Assembly: GCA_051313645.2 (NCBI GenBank)
Contig: JBNRSN020000009.1
Coordinates: forward strand, 97,154,001-97,218,000
Direction: 5' to 3'
DNA length: 64,000 nt
From: Centroscyllium fabricii
Taxonomy: Eukaryota
Shown: positions 48,854-60,375 of the stretch, one piece after another
Layout of the letters: each line of letters starts with the position of its first letter
Position numbering within the stretch: the stretch's first letter is position 1
Translations under genes and position numbers: made by a program
Notes under the pieces: model-generated
Told to the model about the DNA's origin: nothing
Database searches by the model: none
Seen by the model: the letters and a program-made list of their open reading frames with translations, nothing else

Positions 48854-49621
48854 ACTAGCCTTTGCCTGTTTTAGTGCTCCTACGAGGTGTTAGCCCAGTG
48901 TCTGCAGCAGGACTGGTGGAAGGGTGCTGATTGTCTGTGCGGGAGACTTCAGATGGCCTTGCAGGATGCCCTTGACCAGCTCTGGGCCTGGAAGGCCTGG
49001 TTGTTGGACTGCACCACCTCATCATGGATGACAGCAGTCTGGGCTGGCTGGATGACAGACAGTGACGAGGGCAATGGCAGAGTGGCAGTGGTGGGAGCAG
49101 GAATGCTGTCATCCTGAGCGAAGACAGCAGGTTCCTTCTCCATTGCCACACCCCCGGGGCAGCACCTCAGCATCCCTTGCAATCTGTTGCAGCACAGATT
49201 GCTGACGTGCTGCGACACCATGAAAGCCCCGGTCGACGGTGGTAGACCCAGCCACGATGGCAGCAGTCAGAGCTTGCATGGCATCAAGCTGAGACTGCAT
49301 GAGCGCACTAACATGTTGCATCGCTTCCATCTGTGCTGCAATGGAAGCTGCCAGATCGCCCATCACACGTGGCATCAGGTCTGGGTCGCCACAGTCTCTC
49401 AGGGAGTCTACCATTCTTTGCAGGCTGCAGAGCCTTGTGCAATGTTGGAGGTGGACTCCTCCATGCTCCTCATCATTGCCTATTGCACCCATCATCTCCG
49501 TGTGCATGCCCATCACCCTTTTTCTAAATTCCTGCCCATCAAGGTCCTCATCTTGTGAAGGAATAAGCCATATTTAAGAAAAATACACTATCATATGAAC
49601 AGAATTCTGATTTTACTAATA

Positions 49622-50444
49622 CAGGTTGCGCACCGGAAATCTGGCACGGGCGGGACCAGGCCCGTGCCGGGAAAGTGAAAAAAACGGCAGAATGAAGTTG
49701 GTCAGTGCGCATGCGCGCACCATGCAAAATGGCCACGCGCATGCGTACAACATTGGAAATGGCCGCTGAACGTCTTTGTGGAGTCTCAGCTGACGGCCAG
49801 GTATCAGGGTCTGCGTTTTTGCGCTATTGACTAATAGCTGTTGGGAATTGGAATGAGCCTTCCCAAACTCGTTACATTTAAGGCTGCTAACGGCGAGTAA
49901 AAGGTGCCTGTATTGCTGCCTGCTCCAGAAGATTTGTCTCTTCCCCCTTTTCTGGTCCTGCTTTGTTTTGTTCTGTCATATATGAAGGCATGATTTTTGC
50001 TGCTGTAAAGATGTACAATTCGGACTAGTTTCCCATTTCCCTGTTGCCGAGAATCTGGTGATGTGAATGAGCGTTGAACCAGCTGAGTGGAAGATCGGGG
50101 TGGTGACTGGAAGTGAAATATAGTTGGGATCAGTGGAATGTTCTGGTTCTGTCTTTATTTCCAATGGGTATGAAGGGTGAATGTTGTGCCATTGTATAGT
50201 GGGATATGATAGCCGCCGCGCCCATACGCCACGGAAGGCCCGGTGGCCGTTTTGAATGATCTGCGCATGCACTAGCCGTCCGGCGATGCATGCGCAGATC
50301 ATTCAAAACACCCGGCAGCCATTTTGAATGATCTGCGTATGCGCTCGCCGATCGCGGCTGCCATCTTGCGCATGCGCAGTGCAGTCGGGGCAATTTGTTC
50401 CGGCTGCCGGTGTTTCGGGTCACGGATTTTCGGTGCACAACCTG
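49622..50444. mobile_element. pogo/Tigger-like MITE copy 3 with unique internal cargo
   Basis: TIR CAGGTTG(C/T)GCACCG, TA flanks; arms related to copies 1 and 2. Confidence 0.85.
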
Positions 50445-50737
50445 TACATGATATACTGGGTTTAAAAATATAAAGTTTCAACGACACAAACTGTGCAAAC
50501 AGGCTTCTGAGATGGGATGGTTTGATAACACAAAAGTTGTAAACACCACAAGCTTTTGAAATGGGAATTGGTTAAAAATACTAAAATAATGGCCCTATTG
50601 AAATAGCAGTTTGGCACTTCCAGAAGGTCTGGAGTTTGGGAGAAACACGATGGAATGACCCAAGTAAAGTGTTAATAACGAACACTTCAAACAGGAACAC
50701 AGAATATTAAAAAACCATGTGCCTTTGTCGGAGAGGA

Positions 50738-50950
50738 ATTTCCCAGATTTTTTCTCCCAAATTGGCTACTGGGTTTTTTATCTGGTTTTTCGCCTTTCCC
50801 GGGTGATCACATGGGTTTGGGCGGGATGGAGAGTAAAAATAAAATTGAGGTTAGGATCAGATCAGCCATGGTCTTGTTGAATGGCGGAGCGGGCTCGAGG
50901 GACCGATTGGCCTACTCCTGCTCCTATTTCTTATGTTCTTATGTTCTTAT
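50738..50950 (+). mobile_element. CR1-type 3' tail ending in (ttcttatg)n
   Basis: gatcagccatg..gaatggcggagcgggctcgaggg..cctactcctgctcctatttcttatgttcttatgttcttat. Confidence 0.8.
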
Positions 50951-52267
50951 TAAATAGGAAACACTATTACAATATAACCAACTAAGATGGCTAGGAAAAC
51001 AAACACCCTAGTTGAAGTGTCTTTAATTTACATGTTGTAAATATGATACCAACAGAACACTTTGAAGATATGACTTCAATAGATGACACTAAGCAATCAC
51101 ATTGTGTTTGTGTTGAACGTGGAACACACTGGAGTCACAACGTCTGCTATAATCAGTTAAGCCAATATTAGAATTGAATGGAAGACCTTCGATAAGAATG
51201 GCATCAAATAAATACTACTGTCATAGTGTGTTTTATAATAAGTTTCTGGAACACCTAAACAACAGATAGAAGTCTGCAAGCTAATAGTTGAATTGCCAGT
51301 AGGTATAGAGAAAAGTCAACAGAAAAAATTGAGATAATTAGCTTACATCAGCAGAAAACCTCAAAGGATAAACCACTAAAAAAGGTATAAAAATGGAGCT
51401 TTTCAAATGGAAAGTCAGAAGTCGCTAGAAACGGGCAAGCGATTCTCAACTTCACAGGCACGCTCTAGGTTTTTAGCTCTTTTGAGTCTCGTGGATCAGA
51501 GGTACTTTAATTTGATTTTGGTGGATATTCTGGATTAAAATTAAGAATAAGAAATGTAAAAATGTACGAAGTAAAGATTTGAGAATAAGAATCTGTGAGG
51601 ATAAGAAATGTAAGCTTGTTTTTGAACTGTTAAAGTTGCGACTGACTCACAAGCCGTTAACTGTATGTTGGCTCTTCAATAAATCTATATATTTTTAGAA
51701 TTGTCTCAAGTAGTATTTCTGTATCAAACTCGCAAAGTCAATTTCTGTATATCCTTTTGTGAGGTGTTGCAGAATTCTGGGGGGTATTCTGGACCCTTAT
51801 AATATCCGGAAGGTTACAGTCTAGTAAAACTTATTAAAAGTGCTATTCGGAGGATGGTAACATCTTCACGTCGTTCCTTTAGGGAGAGATAGTCTGAACC
51901 TTTAGACCCAATTAAGTGTCTTATAGAATTCGGCTATCTTTAACTTTAGTTGAAGGTGAACGTCTGGGGAATACGCCTGATCTGGGGTAGCCCGAAAAGA
52001 GCTAGGACTAGTAATTATCCCTTCAATCTGAGTCCTGTGCAGCAGAACTCGTGCACGAACTCGCCCTCCAGGGAGCTGACCCCCGAGCTACCCTTTCAAC
52101 CTAGCCTTGCTGCAGCACACTCTTCCCTGGTGCCTCACCTTTGCCGATCCCGCTACTATAATAGCCTCTAAAGAATGTGTAGTGCCAGTATCTGAGCTGG
52201 TGCCTGCAGGTGAGACATGCAGTGTCACAGTGTGTTCTTCCTCCTCTTCTTCTCCCGCCTTACTCTC

Positions 52268-52513
52268 TGTGGTGATATTGAAACTTCCGGCAGAAAGTCT
52301 AATGAACTCTGCATATGTATTTCCGGTGACATCATTTCCTTTTTACATGTCACTTCCTGTATATACGTCACTTCCTGTCTAGTGGTATAAGTTCTGCTGC
52401 TATCCAGTCTGGGATGATGCTTCCCCTGTAAGCATGTGAAACTCTAACTCTGTAAATAGTTGATTAAAGCTTTACTTAGAGTTATTGATGTGTAGGTCTC
52501 TTTTGTCACATCA
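52268..52513 (+). mobile_element. 246 bp solo LTR
   Basis: TGTGG..CATCA, 5 bp TSD CTCTC (52263-52267, 52514-52518), TATAA and ATTAAA. Confidence 0.8.
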
Positions 52514-53929
52514 CTCTCTATGGTGCCCTCAAGGACGGGCTGCTCAGGTGCTTGCTTATTATCTGAAAGCATAAAGACACAAAAGTTGGGTTAAGGTGAG
52601 GGGAGGGGAGCAGGAAGGGAGAAATGCATGCATACAGCATGATTAACTCGAACCCACTTCCTCCTCACCCCACAAGAAGGAGTAGGGATGAACATACTGT
52701 TGTTGGCCCCAAGGGTGTTAATGTCGCCAGTGGCCACGGCGTCCACCCCTAGTGCCAGATAATCTGCAGCACTCTATTTTCCAGTGCAGACTGTGGTTGG
52801 GTGTCAGCTTGTCCCACGCCTGTGCGCTCCTGCTCCCTCCTGTTGTGAGCCACCTTGGCCTGCAAGAGAAAGGAAAGTGTGAGTGTGAGTGTGGAGCAAT
52901 GTGTTTGGGTGATGTGCCTGCCATATTTGAATAGCTCTCATTGTGTGCAAGGTATGAGATGTGGGTGTGAATGTTGGTATGTAGAGATTGTTGGTGGGTA
53001 AGTGCTGGGGGTGTGGTGCTTTGGCAGTGTGTGGTTCAGATGGTGGTATGTAGCATTTGTTGAAGCATCCACTCACCTTGACCACCCGAGTGAGGTCGTT
53101 ATTTCTTCCTGCACTGTGTCTGGATTCTGGGGACCACATTGCTGCCCGAGACGTGCTGCACTACCTCCTTCTGCATGGTGCGGAAGACTTGCGGCATGGG
53201 CCTCCTGCCACTGCCGGGCAGACCACTACCCTCCATCTCTCCACAGCGAACACCAATGCCTCCAATGCTTGATCGCTAAAACTGTGGGCTCTCTCCTTGG
53301 GGCGTGGATCTGCCATGAGTACAGCTGCTTCAGTCCTCTGGCTCCTTCTGCTTGACCTGCAGCGGCTTGCTGAGGCAGCTGCACAGCCAGCAATGCTGAG
53401 AATGAGTTTCCACAGCATCAATGAACATCCCCTTTAAGAATTGGCAATTATGACTTGTGATTAGACTGCACCTGATATTGGTCCACCCTTTGAGTGTAAC
53501 ATCAATAAGCTTGGGCTTAAAGACTTGAATTAGCACTCCAATCATTTCTTTGAGCAGTGAGCATGAATTTTACGTTCAGTCTTGAGCATTAGCACCTGGC
53601 GTTAATTCTTCAACTTTTCTAATTTTACTGCCCATTCCTGGGCTATAATGAATTTCTCACCCTTTGAATTTTAAGAGCTTACTCACTTCCTTTTTCGCTG
53701 TCTGTGAGAAATCTGCCTTTTGATTGGCTGCTTAGACAGCCTGTTGACATCACAATAGTTTGCACAAGGGAATCCCCATTAACTTCCATTGATTTTAATT
53801 GAAGGTCGGAAACCCGACGGTCTCGACACAGGGATCGCAAAATCTTTGTGTGAAACATATTTTGGGGCCAGCAGCGAACGCCTTTGCTTCGCTGCTGACC
53901 ACAAATTCCAGGCTAATGATTTCTTACAT

Positions 53930-54350
53930 GTTTTCCCTGTCAACTTGCCCTTTTCCTTTTTTCTATTTTTTTCTCCTTTCAGGAAGCATTAACCTATGTT
54001 ACAGTAGGATTTTGTGGGTGCCAGGGAGTCCTCTTATACCTCACAAAGCAACCATTCTTCATGCATGAGTACAGACTTGTTAAATCGGAGAAGCATCACA
54101 GCCAATTATATCCCGTTCTTACATCACATTCACACATAGGTCACCGAGATAGCAACTAGGAGCAAGAACGCTGGCTGAGTTTGACCCTCCCCAACCTAGG
54201 GCTACTGAGGCCAATTGTAACACCCTACCTGCCACCCTGGCTAGGATCAGTTAACTCTGCACAACCTGGAGATCAAGGCTAGCACCTTTGAGGCCTGTGT
54301 GGTTCAGAACTACACCTAACCGTGCATGTATCCACTAAGCCAGAGGGAGC
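53930..54350 (-). mobile_element. LF-SINE-like relic
   Basis: Reverse-complement relative of 20640-21000. Confidence 0.45.
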
Positions 54351-55384
54351 TAGTAGGTATCCTTGGTAAAGCTTATTTCTATGTAATTTTCCATTGGCCA
54401 TAGCTGACAATCACAATGGAAAAGCTCCACTGTTTAATCTTAGTTTACAGATTGATAAGAAAGATTTTAAAAGATTACATGCAAGAATAAACCTTTTAAG
54501 AGTCTTTAAGCTAGGCTTAATGTAAATAAGAAGCTCTTAATAATCTAAAATTCAGCCTATTGATGCCAACAACAGAGTACTTGGCCAAGTTTAATATTGG
54601 TGTACACGAGCAGTAACTAGCCTCTGGGGAGTTGTGTGACAGAAGATGGTTGTGATGGGAAGAATGATCTAGAGTCTGTACTTAAAATGTTTGTAGTTTT
54701 GATGAAACAAATTTCTGCTAGTACATTGAGAATGTGGAGAGAAAACGGGGCAGTGGCTTCCCTGCACCCAATCTTGTCAGGCTTGCAAATAATTTTACAA
54801 ACAAAACCCCTGTACCTGTCTGTTGAGGAATCCCTAGGTACACAACAGAGGTATTTATTTTACCATGTCGGAGTTAAAAGTGCAATTCAAAATGGCCACA
54901 GTATGGTGGTCCACTGCATTGAAACACCACTTAGCAGCGCCACCAACTGGATTGTGTTCCTGATCTCAGCCGGCTGTGTTAACTGAGCCAAGGTAGTTTG
55001 TGACAGGAGCAGAGATAAAATCCCTAGGCTGCTCTCATGCAACAGCTGGTACCCAGCTCATAGAGATTAGACACAGGTTACCCTGTAGATTCTTTGAATG
55101 TAGTTGATATGTGGTCTGGGGAGATCGGGGAATGAAGAACAGAGTAGCCTAGCACTGAATTTTTAAAAAGTAGTATCAAACACAAAACTGTACCAAGGCC
55201 TGTCAATAGTGTGTGTGTTTAGCTACTTTTATACGTGTTTTTTATAGTGGATCTACGATTCAGCCACCAGGATAAAAGAATCAGATTTAAAATTGTAAAA
55301 GCAGAGAGCTGGCTCACGGACATGAGTGTCCCAAAATCAGAACGAAACAAGCACCAATATAAATGCCACTTTGGCAATGTTGCA

Positions 55385-55970
55385 GGAGTGCAGAGAGGTG
55401 TTGATGAGGCTGTATACAACGCTGGTACGACCGCACTTGGAGTACTGCGTTCAGTTCTGGGCACCGAGGTACAAGAAGGACGTGGAGACTCTGGAGAGGG
55501 TGCAGAGGAGATTCACAAGGATGCTGCCGGGGATGGGAGGGAAGACGTACGAGGAGAGGCTGGGGCAACTGGGGCTGTTCACTCTGGAGAGAAGAAGGGC
55601 AAGGGGAGACCTGATAGAGGTATTCAAAATGATGAAGGGCATTGACCAGGTGGACATACAAAGACTGTTTCCAAGGATGGGGGAGATAGGTACGAGAGGT
55701 CACAAGTATAAAATACAGGGAGGAAAGTTCAGAAGGGATGGAAGAGGGGGGTTCTTCACGCAGAGGGTTGTGGGAGATTGGAATAGGCTGCCGGCACGGA
55801 TTGTAGAGGCAGGCAGCCTGGAGGCGTTCAAGAGGAAACTGGATATCCACATGGGGAGAGAAGGGTATTAGAAGGGAAGCTGGAGGGATCGGGCGGCACG
55901 ACTTGTAGGCCGGCTGGCCTGTTCAAGTGCCGTAAATGTCTATTGTCTATTGTCTATTGTCTATTGTCTA
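55385..55970 (+). mobile_element. Young 5'-truncated CR1 with open ORF2 C-terminus and (TGTCTAT)n tail
   Basis: LYTTLVRPHLEYCVQFWAP..RGDLIEVFK..WNRLP to stop at 55871; tail 55937-55970. Confidence 0.9.
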
Positions 55971-55988
55971 CAACACCAGCAATGGCAT

Positions 55989-56199
55989 TGTGGCGGCACG
56001 CCCACTAGGACACCGAATCCGCCTCGGGAACACTGTGGGGCATGGCCCCGCTCATCGGGTGACGTCACCAACGGCGGGCAGTTTAAATAAGCCTGCTTTG
56101 AGTGGTTCACTCTCTTCTTGTGTTACTGTGATGCATTAAACAAGTGCTTTTTCTGTCTCTCTGGCTCACGCCTGGTTCCTAGGCCTTGCTGGCGCTACA
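55989..56199 (+). repeat. 5' LTR (211 bp)
   Basis: TGT..ACA; 7 substitutions and a 34 bp indel versus the 3' LTR (counted by eye). Confidence 0.95.
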
Positions 56200-56200
56200 G

Positions 56201-56212
56201 TGGTGACCCCGA
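56201..56212 (+). promoter_or_regulatory. Primer-binding site, tRNA-Trp type
   Basis: TGGTGACCCCGA immediately after the 5' LTR. Confidence 0.85.
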
Positions 56213-56290
56213 ATTGGAACGACTTCCAAAGAAAAAAAGCTGCCGCAGGATCAAGGATCACCAGCCTAAGGACACTTAAAAAGGGAAAAC

Positions 56291-59032
56291 ATGGCTTCAA
56301 GAGCAAGGAACCAAGCTCCACGAACCCAAGGACTTGGCCAGAACTTCGGGCACAGACTCACCCTGCCAGAGTTCTGGGAGCAATGGCCAGCGGCCTGGTT
56401 TATGTGTATTGAAACCAGCTGCCGCACACATGGCGTCCAGGGGGACGACCGCTACGACCTGGTCTTCTCAGCCCTACCGCAATCGACGATCGATCGGATG
56501 TGGTCCAAACTACAGCGTGTGCCCACTACAGGCAGGTACGAGTTCCTCAAGGCCGCGCTCATAATTTTTTTTACCCCCTCTCCATTTGAGCGCGACTGCC
56601 AGCTCCTTAACCTCTCCGAGCTCGGGGATACCGACCCATCCGAACAGTGGGGTCAGATGCAAGCGCTCACCGCCGATCCCGCCTCCCTGTTCCGCACCGT
56701 TTTCCTCCTCAAACTACCCCGCTCCATCAGGCCGGCCTTGGCGGCCCTTGGCCAGCGGAGCGGCGACGAGCTCGCTGAGGAAGCCGACAGGCTCATGGCG
56801 GCAGAGCGCACCCGCTCAACCACGTGCGACCCTAACGCCGCATCTATCGAGCGCAACCACTCGCCCCCCACGCCCAACCTCATGCCTGAACCTAGGGCCC
56901 CGCGCCCACCCAGGCAACCGCGTCCCTCCAGCACCGGCTGGTGCTACTACCACACGTGGTTCGATAATAAAGCGCACCACTGCGTCCAGCCATGCGCATT
57001 TAAGCCACGGCCCACCCCAGCCCCCACTATGTCTGTAGGACACACAGCAGCACTGCTCTTTGTCACAGACAGCGGCACAGGCCTCCGGTTCCTCTGCGAC
57101 ACAGGCGCACAACACAGCATCGTGCCAGCCTCCCCAGCAGAAGCCAAACAAGGCACCCGGGGCCCGCCACTCGCAGCGGCCAACGGCTCCAATATAAAAA
57201 CGTACGGCACCCGCAAGCTCACTATTAGACTTGCAGGCCACACGTATAACTGGGACTTTGTTACAGCCCAGGTCACTTCACCCCTCCTCGGGGCAGATTT
57301 CCTCTGCGCCCACGGCCTGCTGGTCGATATGACCCGGCGCCGCTTGGTCGACATCAATAACATGTCGACCATCCCATGCTCCACAGGGCCCGCACTCCTG
57401 GCCCACGCGGCCGCCCAATGCCGCTCTCGGAACTCCGACGCCTACGGCACACTCTTAGCAGAGTTCCCCACCCTAACCAACCCCACGTTCACCGCCCGCC
57501 AGGCCAAACACGGGGTAGAGCATTTTATAACAACCACCGGCCCTCCCGTCCATGCCCACGCCCGCAGGCTCGACCCGGCCAAACAGGAGATCGCGCGCAC
57601 CGAGTTGCTCACCATGGAGCAACTCGGTATTATCCGCCGCTCCAACAGCCCCTGGGCCTCTCCTCTCCACATAGCCCCCAAGCCGGGCGGGGGTTGGCGC
57701 CCCTGCGGCGACTACCGCCGCCTTAACAACGCCACCACCCCGGATAGGTACCCCGTACCCCACATCCAGGATTTTTCCGCCAGACTAGCGGGCTGCACGA
57801 TCTTCTCCAAGATCGACCTGGTGCGTGGCTACCACCAGGTCCCGGTGCACCCGGCGGACATTCCTAAAACGGCCGTCATCACTCCCTTTGGACTCTTCGA
57901 GTTTCTCAGAATGCCCTTCGGCCTTAAAAACGCGGCCCAGGCCTTCCAGCGCCTCATGGACTCGGTCCTACGGGACTTGACGTTCATTTTCGTCTACCTG
58001 GACGACATCCTCGTGGCCAGCACCTCCCCCCAGGAACACCTCCTGCACCTCAGGACCCTGTTCCAGCGTCTGGTCGAACACGGCCTAATATTAAGCCCCA
58101 CTAAGTGTAAATTCGGCCTCCAAACCATTGACTTCCTCGGCCACCGCATTTCCCAAACCGGGGCCATACCCCTGCCCTCCAAGGTGCAGGCGGTCCAGGA
58201 ATTTCCCCGCCCGCACTCCATTAAGGGGCTGCAGGAATTTCTGGGGATGGTCAATTTTTACAACCGCTTTATCCCTGGAGCAGCCGCACTCATGGCCCCC
58301 TTATACCAGGCCACACGCGGGCAACCCGTCAAAACTGCGGTAGAGTGGACGGCCGACGCCGACACCGCCTTCACCGCAACCAAAACCGCCCTGGCTAACG
58401 CCACCCTCCTAGCCCACCCTAGGCCCAACGCCAGCGTAGCCCTCACCACTGACGCCTCCGACCACGCGGTCGGGGCCGTATTTGAGCAGTGGACCAGCAA
58501 CTCGTGGCAGCCCCTGGCCTTCTTTAGCCGGCAGCTCCGGCCCCCAGAGGTCAAGTACAGCGCCTTCGATAGGGAGCTCCTCGCTCTCCATCTTGCAGTG
58601 CGACATTTTCGCTTCCTCCTGGAGGGCCGCCACTTTACAGCCTTCGTCGACCATAAGCCACTCACCTTCGCGATGGCTAAGGTCGCCGAACCCTGGTCGG
58701 CCAGGCAGCAGCGCCAGCTCGCGGCCGTGTCGGAATTTACGACCGACATTCAACACATCTCCGGCCGTGACAACGTGGTCGCTGACTGCCTCTCACGCCC
58801 CACTATTAACGCCGCCCAAATGGCGGTCAATTACGCCCAGCTGGCAGCAGACCAGCTGGCCGACCCTGACCTGCTCAACCCCGCAGCAAACCTCCCCGGC
58901 CTCCACTTGGCCAAAATCGCGACGTGTCCCCGCCACAGCCCAGGCTCGTTGTCCCCCACGCATGGAGGAGACACATTTTCAAGACCCTCCATGACCTGTC
59001 CCACCCCGGCACCCGCGCGTCGATTAAACTAA
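56291..59032 (+). CDS. Gypsy Gag-protease-RT-RNase H polyprotein (out of frame after ~58920)
   Basis: CYYH-x9-C-x3-[43 protein letters not shown]. Confidence 0.9.
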   Translation: MASRARNQAPRTQGLGQNFGHRLTLPEFWEQWPAAWFMCIETSCRTHGVQGDDRYDLVFSALPQSTIDRMWSKLQRVPTTGRYEFLKAALIIFFTPSPFERDCQLLNLSELGDTDPSEQWGQMQALTADPASLFRTVFLLKLPRSIRPALAALGQRSGDELAEEADRLMAAERTRSTTCDPNAASIERNHSPPTPNLMPEPRAPRPPRQPRPSSTGWCYYHTWFDNKAHHCVQPCAFKPRPTPAPTMSVGHTAALLFVTDSGTGLRFLCDTGAQHSIVPASPAEAKQGTRGPPLAAANGSNIKTYGTRKLTIRLAGHTYNWDFVTAQVTSPLLGADFLCAHGLLVDMTRRRLVDINNMSTIPCSTGPALLAHAAAQCRSRNSDAYGTLLAEFPTLTNPTFTARQAKHGVEHFITTTGPPVHAHARRLDPAKQEIARTELLTMEQLGIIRRSNSPWASPLHIAPKPGGGWRPCGDYRRLNNATTPDRYPVPHIQDFSARLAGCTIFSKIDLVRGYHQVPVHPADIPKTAVITPFGLFEFLRMPFGLKNAAQAFQRLMDSVLRDLTFIFVYLDDILVASTSPQEHLLHLRTLFQRLVEHGLILSPTKCKFGLQTIDFLGHRISQTGAIPLPSKVQAVQEFPRPHSIKGLQEFLGMVNFYNRFIPGAAALMAPLYQATRGQPVKTAVEWTADADTAFTATKTALANATLLAHPRPNASVALTTDASDHAVGAVFEQWTSNSWQPLAFFSRQLRPPEVKYSAFDRELLALHLAVRHFRFLLEGRHFTAFVDHKPLTFAMAKVAEPWSARQQRQLAAVSEFTTDIQHISGRDNVVADCLSRPTINAAQMAVNYAQLAADQLADPDLLNPAANLPGLHLAKIATCPRHSPGSLSPTHGGDTFSRPSMTCPTPAPARRLN

Positions 59033-60090
59033 TCTCGGCCCGGTTCGTATGGCGCGGCCTGCGCAAAGACGTCCGCGCCTGGGCCAACTCCTGTATCGCC
59101 TGCCAGCGCTCCAAAGTGCATAAGCACATCAGGGCACCGCTGGAAACGTTTACAGTGCCGGCCAGACGCTTTGACCACGTCCATATCGACCTCGTCGGGC
59201 CACTACCGCCATCCCGGGGCCACACGCATGTAATGACCATGGTCGACCGCAACACTCGCTGGCCAGAAGCGGTCCCCCTCGCTGCCACCGGCACCACGGA
59301 CTTGGCCAGGGCGTTCATTGCCACCTGGGTCGCCCGCTTCGGCATGCCCACCAACATCACCTCCGACAGAGGACCCCAGTTTACGTCAGCACTATGGGCG
59401 GCCATCGCCCGCGACCTCGGGGTAACCTTGCATCGAACCACCGCATACCACCCACAATCTAACGGGCTCTGCGAACGGTTCCACCGCTCTATGAAAACAT
59501 CACTGCGGGCCACCCTCAAAGATGCGTCATGGGCCGATCGTCTCCCATGGGTCCTCCTCGGGCTGCGCTCGGCAGTCAAAGAGGACCTAAACGCCTCGGC
59601 AGCAGAACTTGTCTACGGCCAAGCCCTAGCAGTGCCGGGCGAGTTCCTAGCCGAGCCAAACGCTCCCTGGTCAGCCGACCAGTACCTAAAAGACTTTGCC
59701 AACCCGGCACGAGCGTTTCAACCACTACCAGTGGCCCGGCACGGAGAGCCGGCAGCACGAGTACCGGACGGCATTAAAAATTCGAAATTTGTGTTCGTCC
59801 GGCGCGACGGACACCGATCACCACTACAGCCACCATACGGTGGCCCTTATAGAGTGCTTCGGGCGGGAGCTAAAGCTTTCCAGCTCCAAATGGGCAACAG
59901 AACAGAAACTGTTTCAATAGACCGGCTCAAACCGGCACATGTTATAGCGGGCGAGACGACAGTCCCCGCACAACCACCGCAACGCGGACGCCCTCCCGCA
60001 ACAACACCCGCCCACACTCCACCGCAGAACCAGGAACAACGCACAACACGTGCCAGCCGCATCATCCGGCCACCCCAACGGCTCACATAG
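58924..60090 (+). CDS. Gypsy integrase (separate frame, probably through a deletion)
   Basis: H.LSHPG..CIACQ zinc finger, [30 protein letters not shown] motif. Confidence 0.9.
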   Translation: MSPPQPRLVVPHAWRRHIFKTLHDLSHPGTRASIKLISARFVWRGLRKDVRAWANSCIACQRSKVHKHIRAPLETFTVPARRFDHVHIDLVGPLPPSRGHTHVMTMVDRNTRWPEAVPLAATGTTDLARAFIATWVARFGMPTNITSDRGPQFTSALWAAIARDLGVTLHRTTAYHPQSNGLCERFHRSMKTSLRATLKDASWADRLPWVLLGLRSAVKEDLNASAAELVYGQALAVPGEFLAEPNAPWSADQYLKDFANPARAFQPLPVARHGEPAARVPDGIKNSKFVFVRRDGHRSPLQPPYGGPYRVLRAGAKAFQLQMGNRTETVSIDRLKPAHVIAGETTVPAQPPQRGRPPATTPAHTPPQNQEQRTTRASRIIRPPQRLT

Positions 60091-60130
60091 ACTCTTTTTA
60101 TTCTCCCGGACAGATTCTGGGGGGGAGCTG

Positions 60131-60375
60131 TGTGGAGGCACGCCCACTAGGACGCCGAATCCGCCTCGGGAACACTGCGGGGCATGGCCCCGCTCATCGG
60201 GTGACGCAATGACGTCACCACGACTTCCGGCGTGATGACGTCACCAACGGCGGGCAGTTTAAATAAGCCTGCTTCGAGTGGTTCACTCTCTTCTTGTGTT
60301 ACTGTGATGCATTAAACAAGTGTTTTTTCTGTCTCTCTGGCTCACACGTGGTTCCTAGGCCTTGCTGGCGCTACA
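60131..60375 (+). repeat. 3' LTR (245 bp) preceded by polypurine tract
   Basis: gggggggag at ~60119-60127; direct repeat of the 5' LTR. Confidence 0.95.

Larger units (their letters stand above)
49554..52025 (+). mobile_element. Long solo LTR (~1.45 kb net, ERV-like) with nested MITE and CR1 tail
   Basis: TG..CA ends with inverted tgaaggaataa/ttatcccttca; 4 bp TSD ATCT (49550-49553, 52026-52029); TATAAAA ~51386, AATAAA ~51678; removal restores the Myb exon. Confidence 0.75.
48856..53662 (-). mobile_element. Harbinger E, Myb/SANT half, interrupted by two solo LTRs
   Basis: MADPRPKERAHSFSDQALEALV (from ~53317), NDLTRVVK|gt donor; last exon 48860-49550 parallels 3430-4170. Confidence 0.8.
55989..60375 (+). 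mobile_element. Full-length Ty3/Gypsy LTR retrotransposon, CsRn1/Kabuki-like clade
   Basis: LTRs 55989-56199 and 60131-60375, 4 bp TSD GCAT, PBS, PPT, Gag CHCC motif, PR-RT-RH-IN order. Confidence 0.95.

Noticed and set aside
55989-60375. Bacterial contamination suggested by high GC/CpG
   Set aside because: Clear LTRs, PBS, PPT and TSD integrated in host flanks.
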